A stretch of DNA of 17,180 nt, from positions 1-17,180 of the forward strand of contig JBEKDF010000051.1 of NCBI GenBank assembly GCA_050014495.1, written 5' to 3'. The notes under the pieces were generated by a model. It was given only the letters and a program-made list of their open reading frames with translations, was not told the origin of the DNA and made no database searches. Shown here in pieces: positions 8,835 to 15,863 of the stretch. This DNA is from Candidatus Bathyarchaeia archaeon (GTDB lineage Archaea; Thermoproteota; Bathyarchaeia; TCS64). The stretch's first letter is position 1. Each line of letters starts with the position of its first letter. The translations under genes and the position numbers were made by a program.

Positions 8835-9263
8835 TTAGCACTTTAGTTGTTTTTCTCTGGGTTGCTCTTCTTTAAGCACAAAACGCTTACAGGAATCATA
8901 ATAGGTAGCTATCCTCTTTGTGGCAGTTATAACTTTTACTTCACTATCTCTAGCACAAAGATGGATTAACTCGTGTACATTGACACAAGTAAGCTCATTG
9001 ATAATAGCAACCATTAGATTGTCATAATTTATTGAATATATGATTTCACCTGACTCTGTTTCAGTTGCCCTTTTACAGTTAAAACAACACTGACAAAAAT
9101 TGAATAATGGCATATGGTCTTCACTAATTATATTTTCAGGGAAAACAAAGACTTCTCCAGTTTCACGAAAGGCAACACCGTTGGCACGACATGGATCAAA
9201 TTCGTATTTGTGTGGGAAGTCTTTCACCAATATGAATTCCGTGTGAATTGATCTGGTGGTCAT
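8835..9263 (-). CDS. Hypothetical protein with Cys cluster and HExxH motif (~142 aa)
   Basis: Probable start MTTRSIH at 9263; CQCCFNC and VHELIH; AT-rich. Confidence 0.65.
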   Translation of the reverse strand: MTTRSIHTEFILVKDFPHKYEFDPCRANGVAFRETGEVFVFPENIISEDHMPLFNFCQCCFNCKRATETESGEIIYSINYDNLMVAIINELTCVNVHELIHLCARDSEVKVITATKRIATYYDSCKRFVLKEEQPREKQLKC

Positions 9264-9330
9264 CTTGAAGCCTTTAACATTTAAAGTCAGAGGTGTTATT
9301 AAACTTGATAAAAAAGGTGGAAGGTTAAAC

Positions 9331-9447
9331 ATGGGAAAGAAAAAGGGAAAAAAAGACAAGCGTTCAAAAAATCTAAAAAATAAGTTGTCTCTCTTATCTG
9401 ATTGGAAGAGGAAACAGCGTTCGAATGTCAAAAAGTTTGTACAATAG
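9331..9447 (+). CDS. Small Lys/Arg-rich protein (38 aa)
   Basis: ATG 9331 after AGGTGGAAGG; MGKKKGKKDKRSKNLK...; divergent from the 9263 ORF across an AT-rich spacer. Confidence 0.4.
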   Translation: MGKKKGKKDKRSKNLKNKLSLLSDWKRKQRSNVKKFVQ

Positions 9448-9486
9448 GATGGAGGTGGTGGAAGAACGTGCGCGCGCTCCCAATCC

Positions 9487-9615
9487 TTACCTAAGAGTTA
9501 ATGTCTTCAGTTTCCTTTTGTCATATTTTTCCCAGAATCCATCTTCAATACAGATTACAGGTTTATCCACTATTGAGTCCAGTATCCGGCATGGGTAGTT
9601 TGGACATTTATTCAT
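9487..9615 (-). CDS. Small Cys-containing ORF (42 aa)
   Basis: MNKCPNYPCRILDSIVDKPVICIEDGFWEKYDKRKLKTLTLR*; same frame as 9637-9807. Confidence 0.45.
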   Translation of the reverse strand: MNKCPNYPCRILDSIVDKPVICIEDGFWEKYDKRKLKTLTLR

Positions 9616-9636
9616 TAGACAGATGGGGGTGCTCTT

Positions 9637-9807
9637 TCATTTCTTAGGTATCACCGTTTCTCCTAATCTCCAACTGCTATAATCCACATACCATCCGTTC
9701 TTCTCTGCTTTTTCAGCGTGATCTTTGCAGACGTAGAAATGTGCCACTAATCCGGGAACTACTCCCACTGCGGGTTTACCGCAATCGCTGCAAACTGGTT
9801 TAGTCAT
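9637..9807 (-). CDS. Small zinc-finger protein (56 aa, CxxC...CxxH)
   Basis: MTKPVCSDCGKPAVG...FYVCKDHAE...; GGAG upstream; ATGA overlap with the upstream ORF; below the ORF-track cutoff. Confidence 0.7.
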   Translation of the reverse strand: MTKPVCSDCGKPAVGVVPGLVAHFYVCKDHAEKAEKNGWYVDYSSWRLGETVIPKK

Positions 9808-9875
9808 TTATCTGACTCCATTAGCGTTTTTTGTAATGGGTTTTCTTTAGTGTTTTCTACTTCGGGCTTCTTCAT
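9804..9875 (-). CDS. Mini-ORF (23 aa)
   Basis: MKKPEVENTKENPLQKTLMESDK*; purine-rich SD-like tract upstream; ATGA coupling to the next gene. Confidence 0.35.
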   Translation of the reverse strand: MKKPEVENTKENPLQKTLMESDK

Positions 9876-9970
9876 TTCGTTCCTTCCCTTCTCCTCACGC
9901 GCGCGCTGTGGCAAGATAGCCTTCTTAGCCTTCCCGGTTAAACCCAGCCGCTTCCATATCTCTGTCTGGA

Positions 9971-10234
9971 TTAGTTAGTGGTCTCTTTGTATACTTCGTC
10001 TCCTCTTCGGACTCTGTCTTGTACCTTTAGCCCGACGAAGTCTCCGGGGACCGCCTCTTCCACGGGTTTATGCTCTATCTGCATGGACTTGACCAGCTGG
10101 GTGAAGTTGCTGGTGGCGCCTTTCACTGTTATCTGGTCCCCGACTTTCAAGGTGGCTGTTAACTCTACGACGGCTACGCCTATATTGGAGTAGTAGTGGC
10201 TTACATCTCCAGCTTTCAATGAATCTTTAGGCAT
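9971..10234 (-). CDS. Translation elongation factor-like beta-barrel protein (EF-Tu domain 2 / U32 C-terminal-like)
   Basis: G.VSHYYSNIGVAVVEL...LKVGD.I.VKG.T.NF.Q.VKSMQIEH..VEEA..GD.VGLKV..RVR.GD.VY. Confidence 0.85.
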   Translation of the reverse strand: MPKDSLKAGDVSHYYSNIGVAVVELTATLKVGDQITVKGATSNFTQLVKSMQIEHKPVEEAVPGDFVGLKVQDRVRRGDEVYKETTN

Positions 10235-10658
10235 GGATAAAAATTGATGCCTTGGTATTAAATGGTTTCTTGGATGCAGTCAGGGTTATCGGAGAGACCA
10301 CGTGGATTATTATACGATATCCCGGTGTTTGTTCGAGTTTAGGGTGGACAGTTGGTAAGAAGAGGTGCTTAGGTGGCGTTCGACGTTTCGTCGTTCCAAG
10401 CCCCTGTCGTATGTTTAGGCTGGGTGCACGTTTGGTGAAGGTATTGGTTACTTAATATTTGATGATGCTGCGTTATGTGTCCATCTGAAGGCCTACCCTG
10501 TGGAGCTCCTCGAGGTGCTGCTGGTTCATCTCGTCGTTGCTGGTGACGAGCGCGCGCAGCATATCTCGACTGCGTCGGGGTGTACGATGACTATGAAAAG
10601 ATAAGGCGGCAGACTAGGCTGAAAGGATATGTCCGCTGACCGCAGATACTAAAGTCCT

Positions 10659-11159
10659 TCAGACTATCCCGCTTCTCTCCTTCGGGTTGGCCCGGTAACG
10701 TCTCTTTTCTCGGTGGGCTTGCGCTGACTGCTCCGCCTTCTTCGCCTGGTCTGCTCGAGTCTTCATCTCGTCGGTCATTCCCGCTCTTTCCTTCCCCTGC
10801 TTTTCCAGCTTTCCGTATTGTGTGTCCATCGTCACACCCACGTAGTCGCCGACTGTTTCCCCGGACTTTTTCGACATCAGCATGCGACTCACGTACTCCC
10901 TCGTGAGCGGCGGGTAGCCCATGTTCACCACGGCTGCACTGTAACTCTCGTTCAGCTGCTTGAGAAGGCGTTCGTATAATGCCGACGTTATCTCATCCCT
11001 TTTCACCTTTTGGCCGTAAAGGTCTTTGAAATCTTTGCTAAGAAAATAACTCGTCACGGATTTTACTGTGTAGTCCGTTTTGTTCCCGTCTAGTATGTCC
11101 TCTGGCTTTTTCTTATTCTCCTTCTCCTTCGCAGAGTAAGCGAGCGCATGCGCGGACAT
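10659..11159 (-). CDS. Hypothetical protein (166 aa)
   Basis: Long ORF with charged, helical composition; TTTAAA box about 25 nt upstream. Confidence 0.7.
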   Translation of the reverse strand: MSAHALAYSAKEKENKKKPEDILDGNKTDYTVKSVTSYFLSKDFKDLYGQKVKRDEITSALYERLLKQLNESYSAAVVNMGYPPLTREYVSRMLMSKKSGETVGDYVGVTMDTQYGKLEKQGKERAGMTDEMKTRADQAKKAEQSAQAHREKRRYRANPKERSGIV

Positions 11160-11349
11160 ACATGAATAGCTATGAGATGAACTTTAAATCTCTGACATCG
11201 TTCGCGCGCATTCGCATCTGAGAACGATGAGCCTTTTTAGGCCGACTTCTTTTCTGCGTGTACGCGGCTAGCTGTCAGGTAGTTCTTAGAGATTCTGAGG
11301 AGGCGAATATGACAGGTCAGGGCTCTGCTCGCCCAGCTCCTTTGGAAGC

Positions 11350-11880
11350 CTAAGAAGTAACCCCTTTCTTCCTTCTAAACAATTCCCATGAATTTGTTTT
11401 CAAATTAAAAACCCATGGTCTCATTTCAAGACTATCAACCGTGTAAAACTCACGCTGTTTTTCAGCTAAATACAATATTGCTTGACGGTTTTCTTCTGGT
11501 ATGTTTAGAGCAAACCTATTCCCGAATTGATTTTTCAGTTTAAGATATTCTGGACATTCAGGGGCAAACGTGAAGCCCTCTTCTTTATCTATTAATTGAA
11601 GAGGAAAAGCCCGGCAGACTAAGGGTCTTTTATTATAAATCATGCATTTGTTGTCTTTTAAATGAATACATACATTCTCCGTATATTGTAATGTAAGTAA
11701 GTAGAATTTTTTCTTATCATTAGGATGAGTTCCTTTAGCTTGGCATGGTTTTATTAAATGATCAGGGAATAGAGGTATTTCCTCGGGGAGAAGAAGTAAT
11801 CCCGCAGTCACACCCGTGCCAAGTAATTCCCTGCAACATTTACCACAACCACTACAATTAAATCTAGGTTGTTTTTCCAA
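11350..11880 (-). CDS. YkgJ family CxxCxxCC zinc/iron-chelating protein
   Basis: FNCSGCGKCC, CIHL..NKCMIYNKRPLVCRAFP, CP; TTG start after GAGGAG; AT-rich. Confidence 0.88.
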   Translation of the reverse strand: MEKQPRFNCSGCGKCCRELLGTGVTAGLLLLPEEIPLFPDHLIKPCQAKGTHPNDKKKFYLLTLQYTENVCIHLKDNKCMIYNKRPLVCRAFPLQLIDKEEGFTFAPECPEYLKLKNQFGNRFALNIPEENRQAILYLAEKQREFYTVDSLEMRPWVFNLKTNSWELFRRKKGVTS

Positions 11881-11964
11881 ATACTTCTCTCCTCTAAATC
11901 AAATATTATTTTATACTGATCTAATCTATCTACCTTGGCTTTTTTCAGCAGACTTCCCTATGGT

Positions 11965-12180
11965 TTAGCCTGGAGTAAATGGTTCGAAGCCGCTATCCCG
12001 CTTCTTGGCTGGCTGACACGTCGTAACCTTCACGAGACCGGTCCTCCAAGAGTCAACCTTCTCTTCCTCGATACTGGAGTTCGCTAATCTATCCTTCAGC
12101 AGACCGTACTTCTCCTTCCCTAAAGCGTCCTCGAATCGCGCGCGACTATATCTTAATATGCATTCGGACAATTGAATCAA
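11965..12180 (-). pseudogene. Probable gene fragment / short hypothetical ORF
   Basis: Protein-like stretch RARFEDALGKEKYGLLKDRL... begins at the CG run 12137-12144; both ends look non-coding. Confidence 0.3.
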
Positions 12181-12187
12181 CCGTTAT

Positions 12188-12406
12188 ATGTCCTATTCTA
12201 AGGAAGGAAAATGGATTGTAAGGGGCTGGGTCACCGCCTCAGAGTGTTTTGGTTGTAGGAATAAACTTGGCCACAGGGTAGAGGAGGGGAAGATCTTCAT
12301 CCGTTGTAGGGACAATTGCAACTATCATCCACTGGACAAGGATAAGGTAAAAGGAACTGAGGATAATATTAAAGATAATAATAAAGGAGCTTTAAGTCAT
12401 TTTTAA
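12188..12406 (+). CDS. Small Cys-containing hypothetical protein (72 aa)
   Basis: CFGC...CRDNC; AT-rich TATA-like sequence upstream. Confidence 0.65.
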   Translation: MSYSKEGKWIVRGWVTASECFGCRNKLGHRVEEGKIFIRCRDNCNYHPLDKDKVKGTEDNIKDNNKGALSHF

Positions 12407-12538
12407 TAGAGGTTAAGCACGCACTTATTTTCGTTAAATAGTACTATTTTGTAGCTCCGTTTGGTTTCTACCTCAGTATTTGGTCTCCGATGGGTTTGGC
12501 TTCTACTACTTTATTGAGCGTGCACCCACGAATAAGAC

Positions 12539-12814
12539 TCACTGCTTTTTCAAGACGATTGTTATAGTGCTTACGTTCCTCATCCGCCCATCTGTAGATT
12601 CAAGCTCTTCGGTCCCAATCTCTATGTCCTCGACAGTGAGATCTTTAAGAAGCCTGCTCCTCGTCACCTCAACCACATCAACAGCGGTGCTTATGGCTCG
12701 GCCTCTCGCCTTGACCGCTACGCTGCCTCCCTTCTCCTGTAGCGATGTAATGACAGCTATGCAGTAGTTCATGATGGGCTTGCTTCCGATATAGACGACG
12801 TTTTCGACGGACAT
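12539..12814 (-). CDS. albA: DNA/RNA-binding chromatin protein Alba
   Basis: VYIGSKPIMNY, KARGRAISTAVDVVE, IEIGTEEL, NVSTI.I.L. Confidence 0.96.
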   Translation of the reverse strand: MSVENVVYIGSKPIMNYCIAVITSLQEKGGSVAVKARGRAISTAVDVVEVTRSRLLKDLTVEDIEIGTEELESTDGRMRNVSTITIVLKKQ

Positions 12815-12901
12815 TTGAAGCGTCGATTCGACTAGACGCGGCGATTAATTAAATCTTAGGTTAGAGTAAGTATAAGCATGTGTGTGTTTTTGGTACCTGA
12901 A

Positions 12902-13208
12902 TTAAATTCGAATATCTTTTTTCATCTTTATAATGGCTACTTTTCCCCCGAATGCTTGTCCCGGTAACCTCTTCTGAAAGCGAAACATCAGGTTTCCCCT
13001 TCTGCCGTGAAGACCCATTATTCTCCCAAATAATTTAGGATTTTTCTCAGGCCAGCCAATCCACCATCCAATGACCTTACTTGATTCATTGGACTCGAGA
13101 TTCATAACCTTAATAATGCCATTTCTAGGGTACTGCATTTTCATCCCAAAGACGATAATTCATAAAAACTCCGCGCGCGCGGCCTCCCGGTAAAGACGAG
13201 ATACTCAT
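12902..13208 (-). pseudogene. rpl35ae: L35Ae-like protein (copy 2) with apparent +1 frameshift
   Basis: ATG 13208 MSISSLPGGRARGVFMNYRL, one extra T at 13148-13150, then GMKMQYP...GRIMGLHGRRG..FRF.KRLPGQAFG; aligns with copy 1 KGIVMSYGVGAKMQYP. Confidence 0.72.
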
Positions 13209-13269
13209 CGGCCATAGCACTGATCAGCTGAAGAAGCTTCCCGCCCTTTTAAACGGTGTAGAAAAAGGG

Positions 13270-14169
13270 TTAGATATTTACGGTGAAGCTGAGCCTCCTG
13301 GCGAGCTCCTTGTAACGGTTCCTGATGGTGACCTCGGTCACCTGAGCCTCCTTCGCTATCTCGCCCTGGGTCCGGTGCTCGTTCGTTATCTGGCTCGAGA
13401 TGTAGATGCAAGCGGCCGCTATTCCTGGTGGCCCCCTACCGCTGGTAAGCCCTAGTTTAGAAGCCGTGCTAAGGATCGAGATAGCCAGCATCTCCGTCTC
13501 GCCCGTGAGGCTGAGCTTGTTCACTATCTTGCTTATGTAGCCCTGGGGGTTGACCTGCGGCACCTCCGAGTTGAGCTCACGGAGCAGGAACCTGTAGTTG
13601 CGGGCCGCCTCCTTCTTAGTGATGGTGGCGGCGAGGGCGACGTCCTCGAGGGTGCGTATGACGCTGCACTGCCTGCAGGCCATGTAGATGCTGGCGACAG
13701 CGACGCTCTGTATGGTCCTTCCCCTTATCAGCTGCTTCTGGAGGGCGCGCCGGTAGATCATGCTAGCGGTCTCTGTGACGTTCCTGGGCAGGTTTAGCTT
13801 GTAGGCGATCTTGCTCATCTCGCTCAGTGCGTGGACCAGGTTTCGCTGGGTTGAGTCACTGACATTGCTCCTCCTATTCCACTTCCTGAGCCTGTAGAAT
13901 TTCGCCCGCTCCTCTGGGCTGAGCCTGCGCCCCGACGCGCCTCTGTCCTGCCAGTCGATGGTTGTGCTGAGCCCCTTGTCGTGGATCGTCCAAGTCACCG
14001 GGGCTCCTACACGGGGAAGCTTATCCATCTGCTCCTGGTCGAACGCCCTCCACTCCGGGCCCTGGTCGATGAGCGTGGAGCTGATGACGTAGCCACAGCT
14101 CTGACAGACTAATTCGCCTGTGTCGCAGTCCCGTAGCAGATTTGAGCTTCCGCACTCGCTGCAAACCAT
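13270..14169 (-). CDS. tfb: Transcription initiation factor IIB (TFB)
   Basis: Zn ribbon CSEC...CQSC, B-reader GPEWRAF, HDKGLST, two cyclin repeats, C-terminal VTEVTIRNRYKEL. Start at ATG 14169 (or TTG 14193); TATA TTATAAG at 14244-14238. Confidence 0.97.
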   Translation of the reverse strand: MVCSECGSSNLLRDCDTGELVCQSCGYVISSTLIDQGPEWRAFDQEQMDKLPRVGAPVTWTIHDKGLSTTIDWQDRGASGRRLSPEERAKFYRLRKWNRRSNVSDSTQRNLVHALSEMSKIAYKLNLPRNVTETASMIYRRALQKQLIRGRTIQSVAVASIYMACRQCSVIRTLEDVALAATITKKEAARNYRFLLRELNSEVPQVNPQGYISKIVNKLSLTGETEMLAISILSTASKLGLTSGRGPPGIAAACIYISSQITNEHRTQGEIAKEAQVTEVTIRNRYKELARRLSFTVNI

Positions 14170-14262
14170 CTTAATACGTAGACTGGCTACCAAAGAACCA
14201 CTGCCGAGAAAGGCTATGATAAGAAAAAAAGCATAGCTTATAACTCTTATTGAGTCCGGTAG

Positions 14263-14439
14263 ATGGAGAGCCCCCAGGTCGACGTCGTCGAGGTCACCCC
14301 AGGCGGGGAGATCATCGAGTACGAGATCAAGCTTCCCCACCTCGGCAGGGAGGAGAGCGCCCGGGCGCTGCAGGGCACCTACATCGTCCGAGCGCGCGGA
14401 TTTATGGGACTCTTGGCGCTCAAGTTTTCACTTAGTTGA
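14263..14439 (+). pseudogene. Short ORF / 3'-truncated gene fragment (58 aa)
   Basis: MESPQVDVVEVTPGGEIIEYEIKLPHLGREESARALQGTYIVRAR with strong G/C third positions up to the CG run at 14392; divergent from tfb. Confidence 0.45.
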
Positions 14440-15087
14440 GTACTGAGTCGGATCGCTCACGCCGGCTTCTCTGAACGCTCTCACCCGGTTTAGGCAGGAC
14501 TCGCATTGCCCGCAGTGCAATGGGCCCGAGAGGTAACATGACCACGTTTGTTCGAGGGGGACCTTAAGCTCAATAGCCTTCTTGATGACCTCTGACTTGG
14601 GTATGTCGCTGAACGGAGCATCGATAGTGATCTCATGATCGGTGCCGAGCCTCGCCGCTTCCTCGAATGCCTTGTAGAACTCCCTGCGGCAGTCTAGGTA
14701 GAAGGGCTCGTCGCTCGCATGGGCTCCGTAGAATATGTGGCTGGCGCCAATCGACTCTGCGTAAGCTACGGCCACCGAGAGGAAAACGCCGTTCCTGAAC
14801 GGCACGATAATAGGCTTGGTGAACTCCGACGTAACCTCAATATCTTCATCCACTAGACTCGTCACACCTTGATACACGGCCCTTAGAGGTGAGAGGTCGA
14901 CAACGAGGTGCCCCACCCCAAGTCTAGCTGCTAAGAGCCTCGCCCTCTTAATCTCCACCTGCGCCTTTTGGGCGTAGCCGAAGGTAATCGCATGGACATC
15001 GTATCCCTGCGCCTTCGCCCAGTAAGCTGTGGTAACCGAATCGGGGCCCCCGCTCAGGACAACGACGCATTTACTCACTCCCACCAC
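14428..15087 (-). CDS. queC: 7-cyano-7-deazaguanine (preQ0) synthase
   Basis: PP-loop LSGGPDS, VPFRNGVFLS, Y(L)DCR, TWSCY...HCGQCESC..R Zn motif. Confidence 0.95.
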   Translation of the reverse strand: MVGVSKCVVVLSGGPDSVTTAYWAKAQGYDVHAITFGYAQKAQVEIKRARLLAARLGVGHLVVDLSPLRAVYQGVTSLVDEDIEVTSEFTKPIIVPFRNGVFLSVAVAYAESIGASHIFYGAHASDEPFYLDCRREFYKAFEEAARLGTDHEITIDAPFSDIPKSEVIKKAIELKVPLEQTWSCYLSGPLHCGQCESCLNRVRAFREAGVSDPTQYSTK

Positions 15088-15094
15088 CTCAGCT

Positions 15095-15558
15095 TCACCT
15101 CAGCTTCCCCTCAACAAGCTTGAATAACATCGCTCCGAGGGCGTTAATTATCTGCTCGCTCACCAAGAGAGCGGGCAGAGTCACGAGCATAGGTAGGCCG
15201 AAGAGCTGCTCCAGCATCCAGGAAACACTCAGCGGTATGATGACTGCGATGACGACTCCACACGTGAAGTAACCTCTGCTGAGGCGCTTTGCCGCTTCGT
15301 AGCCCACTATTCCAGCAACCACACTCATGAACGGCATGAATAGTAGCTCGTAGGCACCCGCAAACGGGCTGAAGAGGTTCCCGACGACGACACCTAGGCC
15401 ATAGCCTAATGCTAAGAGCCTCATCCTCGTGATACCGGGCCTGAGGACGCCTGCGACCCTGAACTGCAGTGCGTAGAACGACAACGGAGCGAAAACGACG
15501 ACCATCGCGGCGTATAAAGCCGCGTATAACGCAACAGTGATATTTCTCTAGTCTCCAT
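15095..15558 (-). CDS. queT: QueT family 7-deazaguanine transporter, apparent -1 frameshift near the 5' end
   Basis: METREISL then VALYAALYAAMVVVFAPLSFYALQFRVA...GVVVGNLFSPF once one base is added at about 15535; AALY/P.SF..QFR/N.FSPF fit QueT; adjacent to queC. Confidence 0.85.
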
Positions 15559-15563
15559 ATCTT

Positions 15564-15627
15564 TGCCTCCCTCCACCGGGGTTTCTAAGGCGGAGTCGGG
15601 TGGGAGGCCCCACTCACCCGCCGAGGC
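15564..15627 (-). ncRNA. Candidate riboswitch-like leader of queT-queC
   Basis: Two hairpins plus two anti-SD segments complementary to the GGAGGC located just upstream of the queT ATG. Confidence 0.55.
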
Positions 15628-15863
15628 GATCATGGTAAGCCGGCTAAAGATAACCCTTGTTCAACCCAAACTAGTTGATAGTTGAAGAATCGCGAAGTAA
15701 CCGAGATCCGAGTCTAATAACGATCAATAATGCCTACGCAGATACGCGCTCGGACTGAGACGCAGATTTGATACTTTAGCGAACCCCGAATCTCGTACTT
15801 AGCTTAGCATCCGCTGGCCGGCGCGCACGCGCGATCGGGAAGAACATAAGCGCGCGCCGTTCT

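Larger units (their letters stand above)
4494..15857. repeat. Dispersed alternating (CG)n runs, 16 copies of 8-10 nt
   Basis: Runs start at 4494, 5205, 6503, 6617, 6653, 7499, 7545, 8454, 8633, 8696, 9470, 9898, 10550, 12137, 13172 and 15850. Shorter or interrupted runs at 1466, 1562, 6523, 7072, 11203, 14392 and 15821. Confidence 0.9.

Noticed and set aside
10252..10455. 67-aa ORF in G/T-skewed DNA
   Set aside because: No motif; the opposite strand is also open, so the coding strand cannot be determined.
11981..11991. GGTTCGAAGCC T-loop-like motif
   Set aside because: Only a 2-bp stem and no other tRNA elements.
3231..12150. 10-mer CGCGACTATA at 3231, 6517 (minus) and 12141
   Set aside because: A few triple 10-mers are expected by chance in 17 kb, and CG enrichment inflates this one.
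14194..14340. N-terminal extension of TFB
   Set aside because: Runs across the TATA/T-rich promoter region and is antisense to the 14263 fragment.
4494..15857. CRISPR array or classical integron attC array as an explanation of the CG runs
   Set aside because: Repeats are too short, spacing is irregular (20 nt to more than 2 kb), there are no attC boxes, and no cas or integrase gene is present.
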